From: Paragordius varius
Lineage: Eukaryota; Animalia; Nematomorpha
Length of the DNA stretch: 64,000 nt
Assembly: GCA_964247055.1 (NCBI GenBank)
Contig: OZ176054.1
Coordinates: 1,488,001 to 1,552,000, forward strand
Reading direction: 5' to 3'
Shown: one piece after another, positions 1 to 13,664 of the stretch
Layout: each line of letters begins with the position of its first letter
Position numbering within the stretch: the stretch's first letter is position 1
Notes under the pieces: generated by a model
What the model saw: the letters and a program-made list of their open reading frames with translations, nothing else
Database searches by the model: none
What the model was told of the DNA's origin: nothing
Position numbers and translations under genes: made by a program

Positions 1-2118
1 GGTTTTTATATTTTATATGTACGATTCGAAATTATTGGGTAATGTATCATTTTGCAAATTGTTTGAGCCATATATATTTATGTTATTAACATATTAAAGC
101 TTAAAGTTGCTTTGGTTTAGCATACTTTCAGATTGCTGTTTTTAAATTATAAAAAAACTAATTAACCTTAACAAATTATTTTTGTCAATTACTTATAGAC
201 TTAAAATTATCCAAGTTATCATCTTTTTTCCGTATCTTCAGCCGACAACTTCTTATTAGTTTTTTTTAAAATTACTTTACCTATATTATGAGTGAGCGGT
301 ATCAGCGTAATAAACTACATTATGACTGCGACAGATTATGTCAAACACCAAACGAGAGCCGTATACGAAGACACACAATGCAAAGTATTCCAAAATATAT
401 CCTTTCAGGTTTTCGGCTAAAATTTTAATTGTCAGATGCTTAGATCATAGTTAAATTTTCGTATAAACAATGAAGAATTAATTCTCTAGCCACAACTTTT
501 CTGGAATTCTTAGCTCCATTTTACTATTTGATAATTATTGAGTAGGTCTATTTTTTATAATATATATATAAAGTTTTTCGTTTTGACATTTGCTTGTTTC
601 CGACACACTAATAATACTACAGGATAATGATACCATTCTTGTGGCATATCTCATGCTGATGGGGGTTTATTATACTTTATACTTGCTTTTTAAAGGATGA
701 CCAAATGTCATATTGTATTGTATTCATAATTAAACTAACTGAAAGTGTCGTATAATTAATGTTCATATTTTTATACAAAAATTACAGCAAAAAGCTTTCT
801 GTCATATACCATCCATGCTATTCCTGTTCTCTTCTGACATTCGGATTTATATTAAAGAATTACTCATTCTGTTGCAAATCAAAGTCTCCTATTCTTTTTA
901 CATAGGCAAGTTGAGTCAATATAAAGAATTTTTTATTTTGAAAAGATAGATATCGGGACACAAAGGTTAATAAATTATGCAATTATGGTAATTTTACTTC
1001 ACATAATGTAGCGTTAGTTTGTATATATATATATATATATATATAATAACTTAGTAAATATGATTGGCTAATTGATTGTATGATATAGAGACCTGTTTTT
1101 AACGATAGAGTAAATTGCTATTGATGTTTATCAAGGTCCTGTAATTGTTCGAATCTTTAAAAAATATGGGTGATCAAGTGAATGTCCATTATATTTTTAG
1201 GCATTTTATTTTTTCTCTATTCAGCAAATAAAATAAATAATAATAATACACGTCATGGAATTAAAACCAAACCCCCTTGAAAAAATTGTTGAATATTTAA
1301 ATTTATACTACAATTCTTAATATTGATTTGTTGTTACTTAGTCAATAATTATGCAAAAAAATGAAAATTTGTCGTTGAAGTGTTTTAGAGATAGTTGACA
1401 AAAATATGCAAATAATATAAAACACTCATGTATGGTGATGGTCTTACTTACGAATTAGCGTGTTATGTAATGACAAGTTTTTAATTAAAAAATGTCAGCA
1501 AATAAAAATAAGATTTGCTCAGCTTTTACACATTCAAGCATACCATCAATTCTCGCTATATATTTATAACAAGATTTATTGGATTCATATTTTACTATCA
1601 ATATTGTGTTTGTCTTCATGAGAAAACACTTTAAAAAACTTTTTTGCCAATTAAATTTCCAAATTTATTTTATCGAAAGTTTTATATTTTTATAATATCA
1701 TAAAACATACGCATGTATGAACTGGGATAAATTTTAAATTCTTTTAGAACTTTGTTGTCAATTTTTTTTAAAAGGATATGTAGATTAGACATTTTAAGTG
1801 AATGGCAAATCTGTTTACCAGACAACCCAAAATAAAATTGGATAGAATAAATCTTTAAATGGAAATTTTTATTATCTCTTAAAAGCATGTAAACAGGTTT
1901 TCGGTATTATCCTCAAGATAAAACCTTTTGATAACTATATTACGATTGCACTTTAAGATAATTAATGGTACTATTTTACAATAACGCCGAAAGTTTTAAG
2001 ACTTGTTTAGCCACTTTTAGTGTAAAAAAAGCCTTTAAAAAAGGTTAAGCAATTTTTTAAAAAAACGTATAGTTTATTCTTATAAAAAATGGTAATATTT
2101 TTAAATATAAATACGAGG

Positions 2119-2570
2119 GGGACTACACATTTTGTTTTCTCAATTGTAAATTAAAGGTCTATTGAATTTTTATAACATTATTTGATTGGTTTATACAGGC
2201 GACGGTGATTATGCCCTATTTAAAAATTCTTTTAGTATTGCGCGGTAATATGGAAATGTAAATTCATAAAAATATTTCGTTTGAAGAATTTTTCCGAAAA
2301 AACGTGCAGGCCAAATCAGTTTAAATAATTATATTATTAATAGGTTTAAAAATGCACCGAAGCTGACTGGTCCCTTAACCCGACCTGTTTAAAACTATGA
2401 ATATTTCAAAAAATAATGGCACTAAAGCAACTTTCAGCAAAACGTCTAGGTCTCTGTAGATTTTTTAATGTTTTAAAAGTCCCGACTTGGGCTCTTTTTA
2501 TCAATTAAGCCTCTTACCTTGCATATTTGAAATTGGTTTTGAAGCGATTTACCGACTCGTGTGTAGTCCC
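2119..2570. mobile_element. Possible degenerate MITE
   Basis: 11-bp inverted repeat gggactacaca (2119-2129) / tgtgtagtccc (2560-2570). No clear TSD. Confidence 0.3.
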
Positions 2571-4045
2571 AATTCGTCTAAAGTACTATTTTTTTTATTT
2601 TATAAATGGAAGATGAAGTCATTTTTATATTAGCCCATCAGTTCCCCATGCCAGTGTAATCTGGGAATTTTTTATAATAATTGTTTAAAGCATGTTTTGA
2701 AAAACATTTAGGTTAGTTTAAATAATAATTATTTTTAAAATATGCCGAATGTGACAGCCTTTTTGAATATCCTCAGTTCACCCGCCCATGTGCCTTAAGT
2801 TCGGTTCCAACTTTGGTGTAAACATCTCATGATAAACTATTTATTGATTAGAAAATTTTATAATACATCACCCATAAAAAAGCAACTTGAACAAGGGACA
2901 GTAAAAGATAGCAATTTGACGACTGGAAACTTAGTATAAAAATGGTTAGAGATATTCTCTTTAGTAAAATATGATTGAATTTTTTATTTTTTCCTTTTTC
3001 TATGTCTAAAAAGTTTTCACTAGGTGGATTTATTATTACCGAGGCTCCACAGCGGTTATGGAGTAGCTAGTATTTGGATAAATAGTTTTGAACGTATTCA
3101 TATGAAACAATTTTATTTTTTTAAAAAAATATTTTGGGAAACGATTTTGCTTTTTTGGATTCAACTTGAATTAATTTGTTTTTTACCAATTCCCACTTTA
3201 GCAGAGCATTTAATTATAAAAATTATTTTCTACATAATCCGAGAAAGCTTATTATTCAAATGTTTTGATTTGAAATTTTGTTTAAGATTCTGAAGGGATA
3301 AAGATTTCAAACGTTTGATAAACTCTAGCTTTCGATACAACCTCTTTTAAATGGGAAGATTTTGGTCTCGCGGCTAATGATAATTTTTTGTTGACCAGCG
3401 ATGTCCACAAAAATATTGTTTCTTTTTTTATTTGAATTTCACAATTCATTTTCGTAAATACACAAAATTAATATAAAATGATCTAATATAATATACGCTG
3501 TAGGATAAACATTTATTTACTTGGTTTTCATTGACACCATATGCATTGTAAATAATTTTTTGCGATGATAAATTACACACATTTGGAGGGTTTTAATTTA
3601 ATATTGAAGGTATGCTAAGCAATTTTTCAGGAAGTTGTAGAGGTTCATTTAAATAAAAATGGTTCTTACTATATGAAAGGGCAAAATAATTTACTGTTAG
3701 CCCCTCAGTTAAACTACACTTTGCGTGGAAAAGTGGTTATTGTGATTGAGTAATCACCATGAATTAAATGCGCCGCAATAAGAAAGGAAAAATTTTAACC
3801 ATGTGGATGCTGATATATATATTTCATACAGTGGCGTACCAAGCATTTGCGGCGGGGGCTTGAACTCTTATGGCGCCCCATTCTCTTTTTGAAATTCAAT
3901 AAAACAATTTTTTAAAAAATAATACAAACGTCTCAACCTAAACACCATAGATAAGACCGGCTTGTACAGTCATATACCTTTAAAATCTAATTAAATTTAT
4001 TCATGTTCAAATACATACATGTGAATATTCTAATAAATTACGAAA

Positions 4046-4990
4046 TTTATATATTTATAAAAATGGAAAGTGGTGGCTTTGTGGTCTGTTTCCGGAAAAC
4101 CGGTAGACGCACTCAAGTCCAAATATCTAAAAAATATAATCATTAATGAATGCCCCGACAATAACTTCGCCCTTTTTTATAAACGGTTTTTTAGAGAACG
4201 GAACTCCACAAAAATCGTGTCTTTGAGGCAATTCCGAAAACGTTTTGGACCATTCAATTTCAAATATGATTTTATTTTACTTCTTTACTAGTGCGCCGAA
4301 CATAGTCGGCTCGCTTTTTTAATTTAGGCCCTCTTTTTACCCGCTCACCCCGTAAAATGCCACAAAAGACAAAGTCCACAAAAATATTTTTTTGAAACTA
4401 CTTTTCGCCCAAAGTATGAGACCGTAAAAATTTAATGAGGATTCCAAGTATTTCCCGTTAAAAGGCAAAAGTTTACTCAAGCGTTTCTTTTATGATAGCT
4501 GCTGGTAAGGAGATACCCGCTAAAAACTGATTCGTCACGAAAGCGTGCTTTTGGAGCTAAATTTTGGAAAACCTATCAAGCCCTATGAGTTCAATCCGTG
4601 CTTAAAATATTCCCCGTAAAAAGTCAAAAAATTAAATAGAGCGGATTTTTTTAAATTAGTGGTTAAATAAGCCCTTTACGCCCTAAAAAATGGGCTATTA
4701 TTAAACAACTATTTAGTTTTGAAGCCATTCTTCTATAAACTATAAAGAACATATAGAATGAATGATTCCAGGTATTCTCGTATAAAGGCAAATATTTTTA
4801 TCTAACTACATTTTTATATTGGCCTCTGGGTAGGGGGCGCCTACAACTGCGCCATTATATCGATACAGCATGCCTTTGGACAAATTTCAGAAAACTTATG
4901 AGACTATGTGAATCATTTCAAAACTTTGTGCCGCATAATAATTGCTTATAAAATCAAAAATATATAATGCTCATTTCAAATAATATTGTC
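4046..4990 (+). mobile_element. 3'-truncated copy of the same Helitron-like family
   Basis: Aligns to 5328-6500 (ttccggaaaaccgg, gccgaacatagtcggctcg, repeat units). Confidence 0.72.
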
Positions 4991-5759
4991 TATCTTAATA
5001 TTCAAACGAGACAATCATCACAAATTACATTGTAGTATCTTGCTTTTTGGATCTCAAATGTTGTTTTAAGGAAAGGAGAGTTATAATTAGACCATTGATA
5101 TCATATAATAGTCACGTAGATTAGCAACAGCGAAATAAGAAATAGTTTCATAATTTAAAAAATTATACGCTTTTAATTGAGCTTTTCTGAGGATTTTTTG
5201 TAATGATCAATCAGACATTTGACTTTAAACATAAAATCGTATTAGTTTATTGTTTTATAATTTATTTATCTATCATATGTATAGGATATTAAAAAATATA
5301 TGGATAATAAAACATTATTTATCGTCATCTATATATTTATAAAAATGAAAAGTGGTGGTCTTGTTATCTGTTTCCGGAAAACCGGAGACCCATTCAAGTC
5401 CAAATATCAAAAAAAAATCATTAATGAATGTCCCGACAATAGCTTCGCCCTTTTTTGAATCAGGCCCCTAGTTCGGGCCCACCCCGTGTAACAAACGTTT
5501 TTATAAGAAAACGGAAGTCCACAAAAATCGTGTCTTTGAGACGATTCCGAAAACGTTTTGGACCATTCGATTTCAAATATGATTTTATCTTTTCGATTGG
5601 GCCGAACATAGTCGGCTCGCTTTTTTAATTTAGGCCCTCTTTTTACCCACTCCCCCCGTAAAATGCCATTTTTTTAAAAAGTCCACAAAAATAATTTTTT
5701 GAATCTATTTTTGGCCCAAGGTATGAGGCCGTAAAAATTCAATAAGGATTTTACGTTAT

Positions 5760-7150
5760 TCCCTGTTAAAAGGCAAAAATTTTAGTCAAGCGTTTCTTTG
5801 ATGATAGCTGCTGTGTAAGGAGCTACCCGCTAAAAACTGATCCGTCATATCGAAATAGCGTGCCTTTGGGGCTAAATTTCAGAAAACCTATCAGGCCATA
5901 TGAGTTCAATAGCTGCTCAGTGTATTAGGCTAAAATTTTCCTGCGGTTTTATAAAATTACCGTTTATTAGGCCTTTCACACCCTGAAAAATGTACCACTG
6001 TAGAATGATTTTTTAATTTTGAGGCAATTTTTCCAAAAACTAACCTATGAAATCAATTATGATACCAGATATTCTCCGTAAAAAGGCTAAATATTTAATC
6101 AAGCGCTTTTTTTATCAGCCTCTAAGCAGGGAATTACCCGCCTAAACGCTTCCATATCAAAATGGGTTGTTTAGGAGTTAATTTTCAGAAAACATAAAAG
6201 GCCATATAAGATTTATAAGGGCCGTAAATACCCGTAAAAAGGCAAAAATTTAAGTCAACCGGTTTTTTTAAATTAGCGGTCATTTACGCCCTAAAAAATG
6301 CGCTATCATTAAACTACTCTTTAGTTTTGTAGCCATTCATGGAATATATGATGATTCCATTCCCATATAAAGGCAAAAAATATATTTGAACGTCTTTTTT
6401 ATATTGGCCTCTGGGTAGGGATCTACCCGCCTACAACTGCGTCACTATATCGATACAGCATGCCTTTGGAGCCAAATTTCAAAAAACCTATACTATGTGA
6501 GTTCTATAAGGGCTAAAATATTTAATACTCCTTAAAAAACAAATATTTTAGTATAGGGGTTATTTCAATGAGTCGCTAATAGAAGTTTTACGCCTTAAAA
6601 AATTCGCCGCCATATAACAATTTTTTAATTTTGAAGTAATATTTCCAAGAACTTATAGGAACATATGGTCATTATAATTCTAGTTATTCCCTATATAAAG
6701 AGAAAAATTTTGCTCAACGCTTTTTTATACCTGCCTCTGGGTAAAAAGCTATTCGCCAAAACTGCCCCACCATATAGAAATTGCGTTGTTTTGGAAATTT
6801 AAAGAAAACTTATGCCATATGAGCTCATATAAAGTTCGAAATATTACCAGTAACTAGATAAAAATTAATGTCAGCCCTTTTTTATAAGCCGTTAATTTGG
6901 AACCTTTATCTAAAAATACGCCATCATATAACGATTTTATTCAAATAACCCATAAAACGATGGTCTCAAAGATGATTCCAAATATTTTCCCTATAAAGGC
7001 AAAAAATTTAACCTAGCGCTTTTTCCATATAGGCCTAAGGATAGAAGTCTACTGGTTTAATACTGGGAGTCCGTACAAAAATGGCGAGGCTTTGGAGCTA
7101 ATTTTCATAAAACTTAAGAAGCCTTACGAGTTCAATAAAAGCTTTAAATA
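5760..7150 (+). repeat. ~300-bp dimeric tandem repeat inside the Helitron-like elements
   Basis: Anchors (aaaggc/aaagag + A-run) at ~5768, 6081, 6369, 6697 and 6995. Each period has two related subunits. Also present at 4450-4950, 51830-52670 and 53230-53700. Confidence 0.8.
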
Positions 7151-7371
7151 TTACCCGTTAATATGTGAAAATTATAGTATAGTGATTTTTTATGTTAGCC
7201 TTCAATTTGGGGCCTTTACACCAGTAAACTATATATTAGTATGAATGCACCGTTTGGAAAATCCTATGAAATCATAGCTAGTATGTAATGTTTTGAAATA
7301 CACATATATGGTTCATTTTATTGTCGCTTTTTTCAAATAGTCCCCCTTAGAAGTCTGAAGGATGGCTGCGT

Positions 7372-9328
7372 CAGAGGCGTACCGATGGGGGGGCAAGGGG
7401 GTACATCATGCCCCGGGCGCCGTTATTTAGGGGCGCCTAAATGATCATTTTAAATTAAATTTAAATTATTTAAAAATAATTACAACTCTCAAGTAAGATT
7501 ATTCAGCAATTTACTTAATAATCCCTAAAATAATATGAAAATTATATAAATGAGATCAAGAACAAACATTATGCAAAAAACAACATTCATGTATTCCCTT
7601 TAACATGTGCAAACTTATTTTTTCGCTTAACACTTGGAAACAACACATTCATTTCAGTCCTCGATTCAAATTGGGGTCGTGGGACACCCCTGGCATGTTT
7701 AAAATTAATTGCCTAAAAAACTATCATTGGAATTGAATCCAAAAAGTTTGCACTTTTATAACATCAATGAACCGAAATATAAAAAAATTATTCCAAATAC
7801 GGATATAACATATTTTAAGTAATTCCTAAAGCTAAATATTTAGTTAACATGACTTGTGTGTATTGGCAAAAATAATACAAAATTAACCACTTTTCTGTTT
7901 ATATCAATGTTAGATGTGATTTAGATAATCTTAAATATTAGCTTTAAAATTAAATAAACACGATATTTTGTAAGAGCGTCGAACCAGTTCGATATGTAAC
8001 TTTTTTTTCAAAACTTAATTTTATTTGGATATCGTTATAAAATTTTTATTAGCATAGAAGCATAAATTTAAATTAAAACCGTTTCGTTCAGTATTTTTTT
8101 AGATATATCATCTTAAATATAGTCTGGAGTATTTAGATTTCCCAATTTGGATCGAAGTGTTTAACGTTTCTTTATCACGTCCATATTGTTAATTTATTGA
8201 TATTAATTAAATTTTCTTTTCCCTTTTCAAAACCTATCTCCTATTCTTATAATTATAATTGTATTTTTATTTTAAACATATTCAATTTTAGAACCCAATT
8301 TAATTTATTTGAATCCCCAAGATCATTCCATCTATAACAAGAACCAAGGTAGGTTTTTATTATTAGTAAAGCTTTGTATTTTTTATAATTATTTCATTTT
8401 CATCAGATACTATTGCCTAAACTCAGCGGTTACACAAATAGGACAAAAATCCAGGAATTGAATAAAACAAATAAAATGCGAATGAGTATGAAATCTTATT
8501 TAACGGGAATATTGAACATAACATTGAAAAGTATGCGACACAGACATAACGGTACCCCTTACATAATAACTTTAATAAACTTGAAACCCTAGTTATTGAT
8601 CCAATAAATATACAACTATACCACTAGTAATTCCAAGCGCTATACCTATAGAGTTTAATGATGTCGCATTTTTAAAATTTTCTAATAATAATGTTCCCGT
8701 AATATCTAATCACCTTCGCACAGAAAAGATTATTCGTGGATCTCAAGGATTTCAAAATAAATACAATCTCTTTAAAACAAAAAATCATCGTTCAATGCCC
8801 TAATCTTAGTTTTTTCCACGTGTCGCTAAAAAAGAAGGATTCGAAGTTGAGAGGTCTTGACTTTTATATTCACCAAAGAACAGATCTGAGTATTGTTTTT
8901 GATGCCTACTTTTTGATCGACCTAATTCATCACTTTTATAACTACGCATAGTTTTAATAAATGGAGAAAAAAAGAAATTAATCCATCATCAAAATAGCCT
9001 CAATGATCGGAAAGCATTTACTACTTAGAAAGAGGCAGAAAGAAGATTGATAAATATAGGAATTAATTCTGCTCTAGAAGCTCACATACAATTGGGTCGC
9101 TGGCGAAATATTTTCCATCGAATATTGGCCTGCCTGAAATTTTTAATCACCCAAAATTTCCCTTTTCGAGGACATGTTGAAATTATAATGTAACTTATCT
9201 ATGATGTTTAATTTGCAACGTTTGTATTTGTTCACTAAATTTTTTTATTGGCTTTCAAAAAGAGGAGGGGGAGGGGGCGCCATAAGGTTTTTATGCCCCG
9301 GGCGCCACAAATGCTCGGTACGCCACTG
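7372..9328 (+). mobile_element. Internally deleted hAT transposon (ZMYM1-like/DUF4371-type transposase N-terminus)
   Basis: TIRs CAGAGGCGTACCGA / rc CAGTGGCGTACCGA. 8-bp TSD ggctgcgt (7364-7371) and ggcggcgt (9329-9336), 7/8 match. Relic peptide RWRNIFHRILACLKFLITQNFPFRGHVE at ~9098-9181. Confidence 0.88.
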
Positions 9329-9969
9329 GGCGGCGTAGCAGCACGAGATTTACGCTAGTTATTGATAAAAATAAACAGCGGATAATGGGGAACAAACAAA
9401 AATGATATAAAAAATATTGTAAATCTAAGCGAATTATACAATACAGATTTTAAGGAAATTTTAGCTTCATGACAATTTATGTTAAGCGGTTGATTTAATC
9501 CTTAAATAGGTTAGGACTTATTACTTGGAAAAAGGTAAAAGAAAGGTTGAAAAAAAACAGTTATTTGTTGAAGATAAAAGGTCTATAAACTCAATTTGAA
9601 TTTTGGGTGAAACATTGGAAAAAATGAAATATTTAAGTTCTCATGTGTCCTCCCATTTTTGGGTAAAACATTTAGTAATAAGAAGTTCTCAGGATTAGGT
9701 GCTGAGTCATATAGACATGTTAAGTTTTCAACATATCCTCGAAAAGGGAGATTTTGGATGATAGAAATTTCATGCAAATATTAGACGTAAAATATTTCGC
9801 CATCGATCTTTTTCCGTATTATATGAGCTTCTAGAGTTGAATCAATTCCATTTTCATTATCAATCATCTACCTCTTGCCAAGTAGTAAATGCTTTCCGTT
9901 GATAGGGCATATTTTCATTATGGATTAATTTTCCTCCATTTATACCAAGCGTAGTTATGAAGGATCATG

Positions 9970-12231
9970 CAGTGATACTCAAACCGCGGCCCGCGGGCCG
10001 CATGCGGCCCTAAGAGTGCTTTAAAATTGCCCTATGACCTTTTTGATATTAAATTATTTTTTTATTGATGAATTTAAATACACATAAACGGATTTTCGCT
10101 TATTTTAATATTAATTTATTTTCTTTAGATTTAATTTTGGTAATTTATATTTCTGAAATGTATAAAAATTTCTCTATATTAAAATGATTTTAAAATTTTG
10201 GCACACGTTGTTTCTGCACTTTATAATATTTTCTATTTTGAAATTATTGCATTTTGTATTAAGCCTTTCACCCAAAATTGCATATACATATTCTTATCTT
10301 GCATCATTTTTTATAACTCATTCATATAACATATTTTTCAAATCAACATCATTAATTTTCGACTATTTTTTATAACATAATTCAAATATTCCTTTTTTTA
10401 AACAAATTTACATAATAAACATAATTTAAAGGATGACATCATATGTTAAAATACCTAAATTATCCGATGAAAATCGCTCCCTTTATAAAGAGAAGGTGAA
10501 GAAAAATTTGTCGTTTTAATTTAAAATCTTGTTTGCCTTATATGTAAAGACAACATAATTGAAATACAAATTTGAAAAACATTTACAATCCATCATTTTC
10601 AGATATTACCTGAAAATATGAGGTAAGAAACGAAAAAAAGAAGGAATTATACCAGAAAGAAAATTCTATTAGGCCCATAGCTTTCTCCCAGAAAAAACTA
10701 TAACACTAGCTTGAATTTGCTATATTTTAGGAAAAATATGAAACCGTTTACTGATTCCAAACTCATCAAAGATTGTCTAATTAATGGTTGCACTTTTTTA
10801 TTTGATATATTCTATAATAAAGATCAAATCATGCGTCAAATTAAAAAACTTTCTTTCTGATTCAACATGTGCTCGACGCAATGAAGTCTAAATATATTTA
10901 CAATATATTATTGGCTCTGAAAACTGCAAATATTATATTATTGCTATTTATTCTAGCAATGATATTAGTTCAGCTCCTCAATGTGCGCTCTTCGTGAGAT
11001 TTTGCAACGATAATACCAAGAAAGGAAGTGATTTTCTCGAAATATTATTTTTTTTTCTATAATAATGGTATATCTATGAATTGGTTTCGATCTGCACAGA
11101 TGGCTGTCCTTCTATGTTTGGAATAAACAAAGGATATATTTCTCTTTTAAAAAACAAATATAATTTGCAAAATATTTTATCATTTCATTCCTTTATTCAT
11201 CAGTAAAACTTGGTTTTTCGTGTAAAAGATTAATCTCAATTCAGTTATTAAAACGGTTCTGGAAATAGTTACATCCGTGGCAGAGAATTCAACCGCTGTA
11301 AATAAAACCTTCTGAAAAATATCCACAGGTTTGATGATATTCTTTTGTATACCGCTGAGAGAAGGCTGAACCTTACTAAAATAAATTGGTCTAAGACATG
11401 TAATAATATTAAATGATAAAAGAAAGTTTGACGAGGAAATTAATAGTGACAAACGATGGGTTGTGCCTACGTTTGCGACATTATTAATAAACTTGGTATT
11501 ATTAATACAAGTCAAGGTAAAATAATATCCCTTGGAGATCAATTTAATAATAGACAATTATTTAAAATTTTTATCTAATGAATGAAATTCAGATTCCAAG
11601 CATTATGAAATATTAAAAATTCTCAAAACTCGTTGAAAATCCATGGCATATGAATATATCCAATATTAAGCAACTTGTGCATTTCAGTTTTGATCAGGCG
11701 CATATCATTGAAGAATTCGTATATTTTAAAAATGATTCCAATTTGGAGGCTATATTAGGAGAATTCTAAAGAAGAAAGATGTGTAGAATTTTGGCGAGAT
11801 ATGCCAAATAAATATTAAAATATAAAAAATGTACTCAAGTTATCCACTGTTTTTCCCTCAACTTACACGTCTAAGACGGCATATGCAAAAATAAAGTACA
11901 AAAATACATAGAGAAATCGTTTAACCGATGATCATATGGACGACGTATTAAGATCGGCCTGTCATGAGGCGAAACCAAATTTGACAAAAATTATTGGTTA
12001 ATATCAAGAAAATGTTGTTATCAAAATATTTTAATTTTTCTAACTAAATGGTGTAAAACGAGCTTTTAGCTGGATTTACATGCGACCCGCAAAAAATTCA
12101 TTGTGCTGATTTAGAGTATAAATATGTGCATATGTGTCAAAGAGCTATAGAATATTTGCCTAAGGTTTGTGGCCCTTGAAAAAAAAATATATTTTATTTG
12201 GCCCGTCAAATTTTTTTGGTGAGTACCACTG
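9970..12231 (+). mobile_element. hAT transposon, Charlie/GTF2IRD2-like group, decayed transposase
   Basis: TIRs CAGTGATACTC / rc CAGTGGTACTC. ggatcatg is directly repeated at 9962-9969 and 12231-12238 (sharing the terminal G). Relic motifs KNMKPFTDSKLIKDCLI, SNDISSAPQCALFVRF, SICTDGCPSMFG and RNRLTDDHMDDVLRSA, with many stops and frameshifts. Confidence 0.9.
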
Positions 12232-13543
12232 GATCATGGTAAAAGCTCTTGGAGTTACTAATGATGTATTTGTAATTCATCTCTATTTTTCGGATCTATA
12301 ACTAGGGTTTCAGGTGTGTTTAATTTATATCATTACTAAGGTGTACCGAAATTTGTTTTTGTTAAAGTAAGTCATTCTCCTTTTAGTTTATTATCTTCCT
12401 GTTTTTTAGTCTCCTCTTTGCGTAACCGCTGAGTTTAGGCATTTTGATATCTGATGACGATGAAAGTATTTATAAAAAATACAAGCCTATTCCATCCTCA
12501 ATAAAGGTATATTGAAGCGCTCTGCAGATAGTTGCTCTCATATGGTCCACCATATAAAAAATTACGTATTAATATGTTAAGGATTTGGTATATCCGCTAA
12601 AACCGTCTTAACAATGATGGGACCGTTTTAAATCTAAGAAATACAATTTGATCAAACCAAACTGCTCCAAGCATCATCGCTGGTAACAATTTTAAAATGT
12701 AATAAACTCCTAAAAGAAATAGCCTATATTATTTTTTATTTTTGTCCTAGTTGACATATTAGGTAGTGTTAATAAACTAATATTTGAAAGATATTTTTGT
12801 ATAAATTTATTATCAAACATTGTTCACATATATTAGATAAAACTTATATTTTTATTATGTAATTTCTACTGTCAATTTGGACAGCTGAAAACACGATTAC
12901 AGACGCCTGATGTTAAAATCAGAATAAAAGTTTTAGCGTAGCCAGCTTTTTTAGTTAATTAATTACATTTTTTAAAAAATAAACATTTATTTTCTTGTTA
13001 CATTAGCGATTTCAAAAAAAATGGCGGCAAAAAAGTTTGAGATGAGGATTTTTTACAGTTATGCATATAATACGCCTAAAATGCTATAAAAAGCATATTT
13101 TAAATTTGGCGCAGTACCTTATATATGTTTTATGATATTTAAATTTCGCGTTCTAGCATACAAAATTACCTCAAACGGTCATGGTTGTTAATAAAGACAT
13201 TCTTTAGCACTCTAGGCGCAATCTCCCTTAATATAGGGTTTATTTAAAATACTATGCAAATGTTAATTTTTTGCAAACACGTTATGATGCTTGATTTTGC
13301 TTTGAATCCGGTAGAAAACATCATTTTTCCGTATTTAAAAGAATAAATGTTTAGTTTAAGTTTTAAAGAAAATTCCAAATTATCAGAAAGTATAGGGGAA
13401 ACATATATTTGATCCTCTATTACTGATAGTAATTATCGTCACACGATAAATATTTGCTAAAATAATTTATTTCCGCCCCTTAACTCATTCTAATGGTTTT
13501 AGATATTTATTATGTATCAACAATTTTTGGTAATTTTGCTATA

Positions 13544-13664
13544 AAAAAACTCTCTACCATATACATCTATCATCATATAAAGCTAATATTTATTATCAGT
13601 AAGTAAAAAACTCTCTACCATATACATCTATCATCATATAAAGCTAATATATGTTATCAGTAAG
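13544..13664. repeat. 61-bp tandem duplication
   Basis: ctctctaccatatacatctatcatcatataaagctaatat at 13550 and 13611. Confidence 0.92.

Larger units (their letters stand above)
5328..9358 (+). mobile_element. Non-autonomous Helitron-like element with internal tandem repeats (interrupted by hAT 7372-9328)
   Basis: 5' end A|TCTATATATTTATAAAAATGAAAAG. Removing the hAT restores GCTGC-GTA-GCAGC followed 13 nt later by CTAG|T (9355-9358). No TSD and no RepHel ORF. Confidence 0.75.
3829..12460 (-). mobile_element. Fragmented minus-strand copy of the same ZMYM1-type hAT family (pieces 3829-~3960, ~9580-9961, 12240-~12460)
   Basis: 3829-3955 matches the reverse complement of the right end of the 7372-9328 element. 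The reverse complement of 9583-9777 encodes QNLPFRGYVENL. The reverse complements of 9900-9960 and 12240-12445 align to 8935-9040 and 8415-8640. The other terminus was not found. Confidence 0.65.

Noticed and set aside
1-2000. Possible decayed DNA-transposon coding relic on the minus strand
   Set aside because: Only vague motif resemblance; no family, TIR or coherent frame could be supported.
2900-3500. Tc1/mariner-like peptide hints (FSMSKKFSLGG, HSGYGVASIW)
   Set aside because: Too degenerate; no catalytic motifs or TIR pair recoverable by eye.
3829-9328. Single 5.5-kb element bounded by the well-matching inverted ends at 3829 and 9328
   Set aside because: Flanks (atttcata vs ggcggcgt) do not match, while 7372 and 9328 share a TSD. 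Both are the same end type from two copies.
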